Part shown: positions 8,758 through 17,402 of the stretch, piece after piece | How the letters are laid out: the number at the start of each line of letters is the position of its first letter | Numbering within the stretch: the stretch's first letter is position 1 | NCBI GenBank assembly: GCA_963845245.1 | Contig: CAWJRJ010000003.1 | Span: 1 to 44,493 of the forward strand | Source of the DNA: Nitrospirota bacterium | GTDB lineage: Bacteria > Nitrospirota > JACRHJ01 | Direction of reading: 5' to 3' | DNA length: 44,493 bases | The notes under the pieces: model-generated | The model's database searches: none | What the model saw: only the letters and a program-made list of their open reading frames with translations | Told to the model about the DNA's origin: nothing | Program-made: the position numbers and the translations under genes

Positions 8758-10089
8758 TTATCTGCCCCTGCCGTGGCCGCCGCCACCAAACGAGCGGCCG
8801 CCTCCTCCACCGAAACCTCTGCTGAAGCCGCCGCCGAATGAGTGGCCACCTCCGCCACTGAAGCCTCTGTTGAAACTACCTCCTCCGAATGACCTCACAG
8901 AGCTTCCGCCAAAGCCTCGGTTGAAGCCTCCGCCGAACGACCTCACGGAGCCGCTGTTGAATGAACGGTTACCCCCGTTGAATGACCTTATTGAGTTGCC
9001 GCCAATCGACCTGACTCCCTGGAATGAACGGGAAGAGCCGTTAAACGACCTGCCTTGGCCGCCGGAGAAGCCCCATGACCTGCCGGACCCGACAACCGAA
9101 TTGCTGTCGCGCCTGGTCATCACCCCGCCCCTCTGGACGAAGGTGTTAGCACTGCGGTTGAAGCTCCTGCCCACTATATTGGATGCGCTCGACCTGTTAA
9201 ACGAGCCGCCTCTTGCAAAGTCATGCATGCCCGCGGTCCTCGATATGGGTGCAAACGACCTTGCGCCGGCAGGCCTGTACGAAGTCTCGGAGCGTGGGTG
9301 CATCGATACCGGGTCTATGGACACGGTCCTGTTCGAGAAGCGGTCGGTCACGTGGTTGCTTATCATACCGTGGTTGTGCCAGTCGTGCCCGAATTCGTCC
9401 CTGTGGCCGAAGTGGTGGTGATCGCGGTCGAAGTGGCCGAAGTCGTCGAAGTCAGCAAAGAACGCGAAGTCGTTAAGTACGAAGTACCCGGGGTAGAAGA
9501 AGCCGTCGCACCAGAACGGGAACGGGTCCCATGCGTAAAGATAAAGATAGTCCGGTGGAGGCTCATAGTACGTGATTACTGGCGGGCCTTGGTCTGCGTA
9601 GTAGTTGTCCAACGCTGTCTGGTCATCGTATGCCGGGGCCTCGGAATAAACCTGCTGGTCTTCATTGTTGTATTCCGTTATCTTGGCTCCCGGAGCACCC
9701 GGTGTGACGGAAAGCCCGGCCTCTGCGTTAAGCGCCAGGAAAGCGCTGTACGCGTCTGCCTTGTTCATCGCAAGCCTGCCCGAACTTGCGGATGTGTCTA
9801 TTGACGTCTGGAGTTGTGCTATGATGTCAGGAGTTACCGGGAAGTCAGAGATCCAGCCGCTATCCGGTGCTATGCCTACTTTAACAAGCGCGTTTTCGGC
9901 GTCCGCTTCGGTTGTCGCAGGCCCAACCTTCAGGGATTGTGCCAGTTTCACCGCATAATCACCTTCTCTTACGAGCATCTGGCCTATCGGAGGTGTGCTC
10001 TTTGAGATGTCCGCTGCGTATGCCGTACCTGCCGCTAGAGGCACCATAAGGAGCAGACCGGCAATTACTGCCAGATATATCCTTTTCAT
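8758..10089 (-). CDS. Secreted protein with acidic/aromatic middle segment and long Gly/Ser/Phe/Arg low-complexity C-terminal tail
   Basis: Signal peptide ending AYA-A; RBS GGAGGAG; repeated RSFNGG/RSFGGG/RGFGGG units in the last 130 or so aa. Confidence 0.85.
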   Translation of the reverse strand: MKRIYLAVIAGLLLMVPLAAGTAYAADISKSTPPIGQMLVREGDYAVKLAQSLKVGPATTEADAENALVKVGIAPDSGWISDFPVTPDIIAQLQTSIDTSASSGRLAMNKADAYSAFLALNAEAGLSVTPGAPGAKITEYNNEDQQVYSEAPAYDDQTALDNYYADQGPPVITYYEPPPDYLYLYAWDPFPFWCDGFFYPGYFVLNDFAFFADFDDFGHFDRDHHHFGHRDEFGHDWHNHGMISNHVTDRFSNRTVSIDPVSMHPRSETSYRPAGARSFAPISRTAGMHDFARGGSFNRSSASNIVGRSFNRSANTFVQRGGVMTRRDSNSVVGSGRSWGFSGGQGRSFNGSSRSFQGVRSIGGNSIRSFNGGNRSFNSGSVRSFGGGFNRGFGGSSVRSFGGGSFNRGFSGGGGHSFGGGFSRGFGGGGGRSFGGGGHGRGR

Positions 10090-10196
10090 GGTTGCCTTCT
10101 TTCTCCTCCCTTCGGAAAATAAAGGCTATACTTATAGTATAGGATATAAGGGTCGTTATCACAATAGACAAGACCCTTTTTTACTCTTATAATGAT

Positions 10197-10224
10197 AGAC
10201 GTATCGCAGGGGTCAATGGTTACA
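10197..10224 (-). promoter_or_regulatory. ECF-type promoter for the Gly-rich secreted protein
   Basis: Minus strand TGTAAC-N17-CGTCT (TGTAACCATTGACCCCTGCGATACGTCT). Confidence 0.75.
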
Positions 10225-10234
10225 GAAAAAAAAA

Positions 10235-10262
10235 TGTAACGAATTTACAACTGTATACGTCT
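10235..10262 (+). promoter_or_regulatory. ECF-type autoregulatory promoter for the sigma factor operon
   Basis: TGTAAC-N17-CGTCT (TGTAACGAATTTACAACTGTATACGTCT). Confidence 0.75.
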
Positions 10263-10342
10263 TAATTAATGAAAGGGAAGAGATTGCGGTATCTTCCCGG
10301 TATTAATGGCACTTTGGCCGGGCGGACGCTGTCAATTATAAT

Positions 10343-10924
10343 ATGGGCGATTATTCCGAAGGTGTGGCGGACGAGCGTTTAGTTGAGCTGGTACGTGAAG
10401 GCGACGAGAATGCGTTTACCGCCTTGGTGCAAAGATACAAACGGAAGGTTTTGACGACGGCCTCCCGGTTTGTACTGGACAGCTACGAGCTGGACGATGT
10501 GGCCCAGGAGATATTTATAAAGGTTTACAAGAACATAGACAGCTACAGGGGCGACGCGCCGTTCGGGCACTGGCTTATGAGGATAGCGGTTAGGACGTGT
10601 TATGACCTCTTGAGGAGCCGGCGGCGGGAGAAGGGAAATGTCCCGCTAGAGGATGTGGACTTCGCACTTTCCGGCCCGTCTGTCGTGGACAGCCTGAGCG
10701 CGCTCCAGGCAAAAGACATGCTGGACAAGGCGCTGGCGAAGTTAAAGCCGGAAGACCGGCTGATCCTGACGCTTATCGAGTTGGAGGGGCTTACCTCAAA
10801 GGAAGCGGCAGGGCTTACAGGGTGGAGTGAGGCAAATGTGAAGGTGAGGTCATTCAGGGCCAGACAGGCGCTTAAAAAGCTCTTGGGTGTGAAAGATGAG
10901 GGAACAAATGAAGGATACTCTTGA
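10343..10924 (+). CDS. ECF RNA polymerase sigma factor
   Basis: GDENAFTALVQRY, DDVAQEIFIK, FGHWLMRIA (region 2); region 4 HTH ending NVKVRSFRARQAL. Confidence 0.95.
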   Translation: MGDYSEGVADERLVELVREGDENAFTALVQRYKRKVLTTASRFVLDSYELDDVAQEIFIKVYKNIDSYRGDAPFGHWLMRIAVRTCYDLLRSRRREKGNVPLEDVDFALSGPSVVDSLSALQAKDMLDKALAKLKPEDRLILTLIELEGLTSKEAAGLTGWSEANVKVRSFRARQALKKLLGVKDEGTNEGYS

Positions 10925-11198
10925 CGTACTTTTTGAAAAGGCGCGGTCGGTGGAGCCGGACGTATCCCGGACTGAGTTCGGGTTCGAGACAAGGCTGCTG
11001 GCGCGTATGCGCTCCAAAAGGGAGAGGCAAGTCCCTGTATTCAAATGGGTGTGGCGGCTGGTTCCTATATTCACGGCCATAACCATAAGCCTCGGGACGT
11101 GGTACTACTATATACCGGACAACACAGTCGATTTCGGGACCGCGGTAACCGCCCAGATGGAAGACCCGATTGCTGCGATCTACATGAACGGAGAGTAA
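10896..11198 (+). CDS. Putative single-TM anti-sigma factor
   Basis: Overlaps sigma gene end; FETRLLARM helix followed by one TM segment. Confidence 0.75.
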   Translation: MREQMKDTLDVLFEKARSVEPDVSRTEFGFETRLLARMRSKRERQVPVFKWVWRLVPIFTAITISLGTWYYYIPDNTVDFGTAVTAQMEDPIAAIYMNGE

Positions 11199-11200
11199 TA

Positions 11201-11590
11201 ATGAATAAATGGAAGGCAATAATCGGTGTCGTGCTGGTGTTTATCCTTGGAGCGCTGTCCGGGGCTATATTGTCGCACGGCGTTTGCAGGCACAAGGTGG
11301 ACGCCCTGCTTTACGGCGGTCACGGTGCCCGGAGCGCGGCAATCGTCGAACGGATGTCCTGCAGGCTCAAGCTCGACCGCGACCAGCGCACAAAACTCGA
11401 AGCGATAATGAAAGACACCCACAATGAGATTCTCGAAGCCAGGCGCCCGCTAGAGCCGAAGATAGACGAGATACTCGCCCGGACGGAGACAAGGGTGCGG
11501 GAGATACTCCGCCCTGACCAGATGGACGCATTCAACAAGTTTACTGCGGAGAAGAAGGCCAGGATCGAGAGGGAGAGGCGCGGACAGTAG
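11201..11590 (+). CDS. Periplasmic Spy/CpxP-like (heavy-metal sensor type) helical protein
   Basis: N-terminal hydrophobic anchor MNKWKAIIGVVLVFILG; LKLDRDQ and ILRPDQ LTxxQ-like motifs; starts 2 nt after the anti-sigma stop. Confidence 0.78.
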   Translation: MNKWKAIIGVVLVFILGALSGAILSHGVCRHKVDALLYGGHGARSAAIVERMSCRLKLDRDQRTKLEAIMKDTHNEILEARRPLEPKIDEILARTETRVREILRPDQMDAFNKFTAEKKARIERERRGQ

Positions 11591-11621
11591 AAACATACGG
11601 TGATGACGGTAGCCTTGTTAC

Positions 11622-11635
11622 TTGATTTAACTCAA
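11622..11635 (+). promoter_or_regulatory. FNR/Crp-family-like operator upstream of hemerythrin
   Basis: TTGAT-TTAA-CTCAA, 9/10 match to TTGAT-N4-ATCAA. Confidence 0.5.
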
Positions 11636-11683
11636 ATTGCGCCCTCCCGCCCTTGATGACGACATGGCTGGATCCCAGCCGCA

Positions 11684-11712
11684 TTGACAAGACCACACAT
11701 ATATTCTATCTT
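11684..11712 (+). promoter_or_regulatory. sigma70 promoter for hemerythrin
   Basis: TTGACA-N17-TATCTT. Confidence 0.6.
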
Positions 11713-11796
11713 TTTATTATACAGTTCAGTCAGTAGTTTTTGGCGGCGTTCGACCTGCTGGCTGCTTATATCCCTTGTTTATCATGGCGGTGCTTT

Positions 11797-12219
11797 ATGA
11801 CAGGTTGGAATGACGGTCTCGTTACAGGCGTTACCGAGATAGACGACCAGCACAAGGCTATATTCGCCCTCTGCGACGAGCTCATAAGCGCAAAAAAGAG
11901 AGAAGAGGGCCCGGATATGGTTATGAACGCCGTCACATTCCTTGCATATTATGTAATGCGGCATTTCGAAGCCGAAGAGAGGCTGCAGAGAGAGACCAAC
12001 TATCCCTGGCGCAAGGCCCACAAGGAAAAACACCAGCGGTTCCTGGCCGAGGTCGCCGAACTGAAGCTGCGGATGGATGCGGACGGCCCGACACCAGAAC
12101 TGGCCGGGAAGGTCAGGGCGCTTGTGGTGAACTGGCTCATGGACCATATAGAAAAAGAAGACAAGGCGTTCGTAGACTATATAGGCGAGACCGGTCAGGC
12201 TACAAGAAAAGCTGGCTGA
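11797..12219 (+). CDS. Bacteriohemerythrin
   Basis: W..GV.EIDDQH, HFEAEE, HKEKH, WLMDHIEKED di-iron ligand motifs. Confidence 0.95.
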   Translation: MTGWNDGLVTGVTEIDDQHKAIFALCDELISAKKREEGPDMVMNAVTFLAYYVMRHFEAEERLQRETNYPWRKAHKEKHQRFLAEVAELKLRMDADGPTPELAGKVRALVVNWLMDHIEKEDKAFVDYIGETGQATRKAG

Positions 12220-12242
12220 ATTTCACATTAATTATTCAATAT

Positions 12243-12273
12243 AAAAAACCCGGATGGTCTGTGCCATCCGGGT
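12243..12273 (-). terminator. Intrinsic terminator between convergent genes
   Basis: ACCCGGATGG-TCTGTG-CCATCCGGGT with A-run on the left (U-tract on minus strand). Confidence 0.85.
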
Positions 12274-12297
12274 AACAAATTCCGCTATAGTAACTTA

Positions 12298-12957
12298 CTA
12301 GTCCCTGTGTCTATGATCGCCCGAGTCTCCTCTATCCGAGTCTCCTCTATCCCGGTGGTCCTGCTCCCTTGACCGTTCGTGTGGTTGTCTAACATTCTCT
12401 TGTGATCGCTCATGTTTCTGAACCTCAGGCATCTGATGATATTGCTTTTCCCTCTGATGTCTTAGATCCTGTCTCTGCTGGTGTTGCTGAGGCTGATAGC
12501 CTTGGACGCCCCAGGTCTTTTGCCTTTCCCAATGCCGGTTATCTCGCCAGCGCTTCCAGTTCTGTTGAAAATGGCGATTCGGGATCCGTTCATAGTTCCA
12601 ACGGTGCCCACGCCAGTTATGGTCTCTGTAGTATCCTCTCCAGCCCGGGTCCACATCAAAATAAAAAGTTGGGACATTGTTATAATATCCCCAGCCCCGG
12701 TCATAGTAATGTGAGCGATACCATCGTCCGTCCCATAGACGCCACCACCAGCCATCCCAGAAATAGAGGTCAACATCAACATCTGGGTCAACGTAGACAT
12801 CTGGAGTATCAGGCAACACTATCACATCAGGTGGAGCAGGAAATACGATAGGCGGCGGCAGAGGTATACCGATGTTTATATCCACCCTCGCCATCGATGG
12901 AACAGGCGCTGCGACTGCCAACGCCAAAAGCAATGTTCCCAACAACAATTTCTTCAT
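12298..12957 (-). CDS. Secreted Trp/Tyr/Arg-rich hypothetical protein; paralog of 15762..16688
   Basis: Signal peptide, VDINIGIPLPPP, FWDGWWWRLWDGRWYRSHYYDRGW, charged tail; RBS AGGAGG. Confidence 0.85.
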   Translation of the reverse strand: MKKLLLGTLLLALAVAAPVPSMARVDINIGIPLPPPIVFPAPPDVIVLPDTPDVYVDPDVDVDLYFWDGWWWRLWDGRWYRSHYYDRGWGYYNNVPTFYFDVDPGWRGYYRDHNWRGHRWNYERIPNRHFQQNWKRWRDNRHWERQKTWGVQGYQPQQHQQRQDLRHQREKQYHQMPEVQKHERSQENVRQPHERSREQDHRDRGDSDRGDSGDHRHRD

Positions 12958-13074
12958 TTTGTTCCCTCCTTTTTTGGCATATATTTATATTATGAACCAT
13001 AAGCAAGCTAGGCAGCGGTAACACCTTGTTTGCAGACAGACGAAGAAGCATGTCAACGCGTCTTCGCCATGCCT

Positions 13075-13248
13075 TTAATGCCTGTCTCCGTTATGGTCAC
13101 GGTCATAGTCATGGTCGTGCATCTGACCATTATCATGGTACCGATCTCTGTCGCCCTCACGTCTATCATGCCCCCACTCCCAAAAACATCCCGAAAGCGT
13201 TGTCGATGCGACCAAGGCGGCAAACAATAAAAGCAGCATACGTTTCAT
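13075..13248 (-). CDS. Small His/Asp/Arg-rich lipoprotein (57 aa)
   Basis: MKRMLLLLFAALVASTTLSG-C lipobox; RBS GGGGAGGG. Confidence 0.75.
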   Translation of the reverse strand: MKRMLLLLFAALVASTTLSGCFWEWGHDRREGDRDRYHDNGQMHDHDYDRDHNGDRH

Positions 13249-13401
13249 ATAGCCCTCCCCAACACGTCCAGGTATGGTTATAACCCTAAGACGGTTTAGC
13301 AACACTTTTTGCCTACAATAAAGTGTAAAAACAATTCTATATTCTGTCAAATTGCCAAAATCTACAACCAGTGCATGTGGTCATTAAGATCTCTTTCCCC
13401 C

Positions 13402-13623
13402 TCAGCCCTTTTTACTTCCCATGACCACCAATACGATGCCGCCCACGATCGCAATAGCGCCAACGATCGGAGTCAGAGGAATCGTCTTTTCCTTATCAGC
13501 GGTCATGTGGATGGGCCCTATATCGACAACGTTCTCTCTGGACGTATAGGTTATGCCCTGATACGCAAAGGACGCAACCCCTATAATGATGAGGAGCAGG
13601 CCTATCACTACGGATGATTTCAT
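13402..13623 (-). CDS. DUF3185-like small membrane protein
   Basis: Two TM segments flanking YQGITYTSRENVVDIGPIH...KTIPL. Confidence 0.8.
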   Translation of the reverse strand: MKSSVVIGLLLIIIGVASFAYQGITYTSRENVVDIGPIHMTADKEKTIPLTPIVGAIAIVGGIVLVVMGSKKG

Positions 13624-13673
13624 ATTGTTTCTCTTTCACCTGATAATCTTTTCATTTTCGTCCTCATTGATTA

Positions 13674-14198
13674 TTATTGTTTCTTCATCATCCTTTTTGC
13701 CGGTTTTTTTTCACCCATCTTCATGGACATCATCTTCTGCATTTTTTTAAACTGTTCGTCCGTCAACATAGTCCGCATCTCTTTCATGTCTTTTAACATT
13801 TCCAGATGATGGGCAGTTTTTATATCCGCAATCTTTTTAACTTCGGCGCTGGCCTTTTCCAGGTCGAAATCTTTTACTTCCATGATTTCCATGAGGTCTA
13901 TCCCTGCAATCTTAATGTCAGCTCTGAACTGGGCCTGTTTTTTTTGCATATCGCGGTGTATAGGCTTCATTTTCGCGAGCTGGTCATCGGTAAGCCCCAT
14001 CTTGTCCGCGTGTTCGATGCACATTCCCATCATATCGCCCATCTTGTCCATATCACCCATTTCCATCATCTGTCCATGTCCTTCCCTGTGCTCATTCATG
14101 GACATATCCTTCATCTGGGAGAATGCGGACACAGGCACGCTGAACGTCAACATAGCGGCCGTGGCCACCATAAGGGCTACAGAATATATTGTTTTCAC
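13674..14198 (-). CDS. Met-rich Spy/CpxP-family periplasmic chaperone
   Basis: GTG start with RBS AAAGGAGGA; signal peptide; GLTDDQ and MLTDEQ motifs; appears fused to OmpA in the ORF track only through an indel. Confidence 0.85.
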   Translation of the reverse strand: MKTIYSVALMVATAAMLTFSVPVSAFSQMKDMSMNEHREGHGQMMEMGDMDKMGDMMGMCIEHADKMGLTDDQLAKMKPIHRDMQKKQAQFRADIKIAGIDLMEIMEVKDFDLEKASAEVKKIADIKTAHHLEMLKDMKEMRTMLTDEQFKKMQKMMSMKMGEKKPAKRMMKKQ

Positions 14199-14279
14199 GG
14201 CACGTCCTCCTTTTATTGTTGTTGATGTAGCACAAAATATCGAATCGAGCAGAATGCGATACCATGAGCCTGTAGTAAG

Positions 14280-14305
14280 AGAGGGCCGGCTAACGCCGGC
14301 CCTCA
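14280..14305 (-). terminator. Hairpin between ompA-like and spy-like genes
   Basis: GAGGGCCGGC-TAAC-GCCGGCCCTC perfect 10-bp stem. Confidence 0.65.
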
Positions 14306-14335
14306 TTGTTTCGTCCCTGATTTCCATGTTACTTT

Positions 14336-15737
14336 TTAATCTGGCTCGCAGATCATCTGGACGGCGTAGCGGTTCCCTGCCCTGACCCTCAACCGTCTCG
14401 TTGGAGTTTATCGGCCTTTCCTTGCCGTATCCCTCGGCCCTAAGCCTGTTGGCCGGAACACCGTACTTTTCTACAAGGACCTTCTTGACGTTCTCCGCAC
14501 GCTTCATGGTAAGGTCCATGTTTAGCTGAGCGGTGCCAGATGCGTCGGCGTATCCTTCTACCGTCCCGACAAAGTCGGGGTGGGCTTTCATGTAGTCGGC
14601 AATCTCTTTAAAGGCGTCCGCGTACTTTTCCGGATCGACTTTGGAGCTGCCAACCGCAAAATCTACTTTGAGCACGATGCATTTCTGCGCCAAAGGAGGC
14701 GGAGGCGCGTCCTCGCCGGAGGAACAGTATACGCGTACAGCGCGGCGGTTTATCTGCCTGCCCTCCGCAGTCAGGTTCGTCGCAATCGGCTTGACCTTGC
14801 CATAGCCAACCGTCTTGAGTCTGGCGGAGTCTATGCCGAAGTTGTCCACGAGGTACTTCTTCACGCTGTCTGCGCGCCTCAATGAGAGGCCCAGGTTGTA
14901 ATCTTCCGAACCGACCGCGTCAGTGCCGCCCTCTATCGTGCCGTGGAACGTCGGGTTCGCCTTCAGGAAGTCGGCCACCCTCTGTATGTCGTCGTGGTAC
15001 TCGGGCTTGATGTCATCCTTGTCGAAATCAAACTCCACCTTCAGGTCTATGCAGACATTTTCCTGCTTCTTGGGCGCAGGCGGTGGTGGCGGAGCAGGAG
15101 CTTCGGCCTTCTCCACTGGCGGCGGCGGCGGTACAGCGGCAGGCTCTGACGCCTGCGCCTGTCTGCCGCCGAATAATACCGTAAACCCTACGGTGCCCAT
15201 CAGGTCGTTGTGGCCGCCGTCGGTCGTTATGACGTGCCTCAAATCACCGCGCAGGGCAAAGTTGTCTACGATGAAATACTCAAACCCGCCTCCGTAGTTG
15301 AGCGCGAAGGCCGTGCCCGACGGGTCTTTACCATGCCCATTAGTCCTGTAGTTAAAAGTCATGCCGCCAACGCCGGCCGCAAGGAATGGCTGGAATTTAC
15401 CCAGGTAGGTGAAGTGGTATAACCCGTCCAGGTGGTAGAAGTATGTGTCGACGTCCACGCTGTCACCATGCCTGGTGCCGGAGTCGATGAAAGCGGAGCT
15501 GAGTTCCATTCCCCAGTTATCGGTAATGTCGTAGCCAAGCGCTCCCCCATAGACCATGGAAGTCTTCAGGTGCTGGTCACCCTCGAACAGGCATCCGCCA
15601 ATATACGGACTGATAGTGATCGCACCGGCCCTGTTTTCCGCAAGAGCGTTGGTGCACAATGCAAACGACAGGATAAACGACACACCCGCTATCAACATCC
15701 CTAATTTTCTCAAGATAAAGCCTCCCTTCGATGTCAA
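14336..15737 (-). CDS. OmpA/OprF-like protein: beta-barrel, Pro linker and two tandem OmpA C-terminal peptidoglycan-binding domains; indel near 14385
   Basis: Barrel strands (YHLDGLYHF, PFLAAGVG, FALRGDLRH); FDFDKD..GTDAVG..YNLGLSLRRADSV and second FAVGSS..GYADASG..NMDLTMKRAENV; corrected end ...NRYAVQMICEPD stop at 14336. Confidence 0.9.
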
Positions 15738-15761
15738 TTTGTGTTGCTGTTTACTTTCTAT

Positions 15762-16688
15762 TTAACGCCCGCCCCCGTGTCCTTTATCACCCGAGTCCCC
15801 TCTACCGCCCGAGTCCCCTCTATCGGAGCCCCCTGCCGCTTATCATGACCGCCCGAGTCCCCTTTATCGGAGCCTCCCTGCTGCTTATTTTGACCGCCCG
15901 GCTGTGAACGCTCCTGCGTTTTTTGCTCCTTCATCTGATTGCGGTCCGCGTTTCTGCTTTATCTGTTTGCGGTCCTGTGATTTCTGCTGCTTTATCTGTT
16001 TGCGGTCCTGTGATTTCTGCTGCTTTATCTGATTGCTGTCCTGCGATTTCTGATCCTTTATCTGACCATGCGACTCAGTATCCGTTTGCGATTTTCCTTT
16101 CTTCATCTGCTCGAGCGGCTGCTGGACTTTCTCCTGAGGCTGTTTTAGCTTCTGAACTTCAGGCCTCTGTTGATACTGCTGCTCCCTCTGTTTTCTTAGT
16201 TCCTGTATCTTTTGTTTTGGCTGAGGTTGATAGCCCTGTACACCCCAGGTTCCTTGCCTTTCCCAATGCCGATCGTTTTGCCAGGTCCTCCAGTTCCGCT
16301 GAAGCTGATTGTAAGGGACCGGTTGATAGTTCCATGCGTGCCCGTACCAGTTACGGTCTCTGTAGTACCCCATCCAACCTGGGTCTATATCAAAATAAAA
16401 AGTTGGGACATTGCTGTAATATCCCCAGCCCCGGTCATAATAATGTGAGCGGTACCAGCGGCCATTCCAGAAACGCCACCAAAAACCATTCCAGAAATAG
16501 AGGTCCGGATCAATGTCAGGGGCAACGTAAACATACGTATCAGGTATCACTATCACATTAGGTGGAGCAGGAAACATGATGGGAGGCGGCAGACCAATAC
16601 TGATGCTTACATCTGCCCTTGCCATCGTTGGAACAGGAACTACAATTGCCAGCGCCAAAAGCAATGTTCCCCAAAATAACTTCTTCAT
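15762..16688 (-). CDS. Secreted Trp/Tyr-rich hypothetical protein with repetitive tail; paralog of 12298..12957 (ORF track ends 15885, probable indels extend it to 15762)
   Basis: Near-identical N-terminal half to the paralog; downstream sequence encodes GDSGG/DRGDSG repeats like the paralog tail, ending GHGGGR stop. Confidence 0.8.
15950..16065 (-). repeat. 33-bp tandem repeat (QIKQQKSQDRK, 3-4 copies)
   Basis: TTTATCTGTTTGCGGTCCTGTGATTTCTGCTGC repeated with degenerate copies. Confidence 0.85.
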
Positions 16689-16718
16689 TTTGTTACCTCC
16701 TTTTGTTAGCCAATTCCT

Positions 16719-16868
16719 CTATATTGGTTTCTGTCCTCTGATGACTCTAACCAGGACAACCACGATGGCGATTACCAGAAGGATGTGGATGAAACCGCCC
16801 ATGGTGTAGGAAGTTACTATTCCCAGGAGCCACAATATGATCAGAATAACAGCGATAGTCCATATCAT
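16719..16868 (-). CDS. lmo0937-family (DUF5670) small membrane protein
   Basis: MIWTIAVILIILWLLGIVTSYTMGGFIHILLVIAIVVVLVRVIRG signature. Confidence 0.9.
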   Translation of the reverse strand: MIWTIAVILIILWLLGIVTSYTMGGFIHILLVIAIVVVLVRVIRGQKPI

Positions 16869-17025
16869 GCCAATTTTCCTTTCTTTTATTGGCCCACACC
16901 ATGGAGCCGGAAACAGACAAGGCCGCAATAAGCGGCCTTGTCTGTCGGCATACGGTTAAGCAGGTCAACGTGTTTTCGCCAAGAGGTTGATGCCTATCTC
17001 AATCGTGGCCGCAGTCGTGTTTCTC

Positions 17026-17388
17026 TTAGTGTTTACCTTTCTGCTTGCCCCACCCCTTGTGCTTGCCCCTGTCCTCGTGGCGCGGGCTCCATTTCCCCTC
17101 CTGCTGGTAGAAATGCCTGCCATCGTCCCTGTACACGTGACGCTTTGAATAATGCGGTTTGTGCTTGGTGTCGTAGTAGAACCACATGTTCCTGTGGTCG
17201 TCCCAGAACCAGTAGTCACGCTCGCGTCGGGGCTCAATAACTATATCGGGCGGAGGCGGAGGCAGCATAAAGACCGGGGCGGGCGGAGGCGGAGGCATAG
17301 GCACACCGACATGTACATCGACTGAACCCGCGTATGATACGGCGCAGGAACCCAATACTATTCCTAATGCAAGGGCTATCCTTCTCAT
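17026..17388 (-). CDS. Secreted Pro-rich hypothetical protein with basic His/Gly tail
   Basis: Signal peptide, VDVHVGVPMPPPPP, Trp/Tyr-rich core, GKHKGWGK tail; RBS GAGGTG. Confidence 0.8.
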   Translation of the reverse strand: MRRIALALGIVLGSCAVSYAGSVDVHVGVPMPPPPPAPVFMLPPPPPDIVIEPRRERDYWFWDDHRNMWFYYDTKHKPHYSKRHVYRDDGRHFYQQEGKWSPRHEDRGKHKGWGKQKGKH

Positions 17389-17402
17389 GGCTTCACCTCT
17401 CG

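Noticed and set aside
13674..15737. Apparent 687-aa OmpA-Spy fusion
   Set aside because: An indel near 14385 bypasses the OmpA stop at 14336; the Spy part has its own RBS, GTG start and signal peptide, and a hairpin lies between the genes
15770..16065. CRISPR-like repeat array
   Set aside because: Repeats are coding tandem units (33 bp and GDSG codons) without unique spacers; no cas genes
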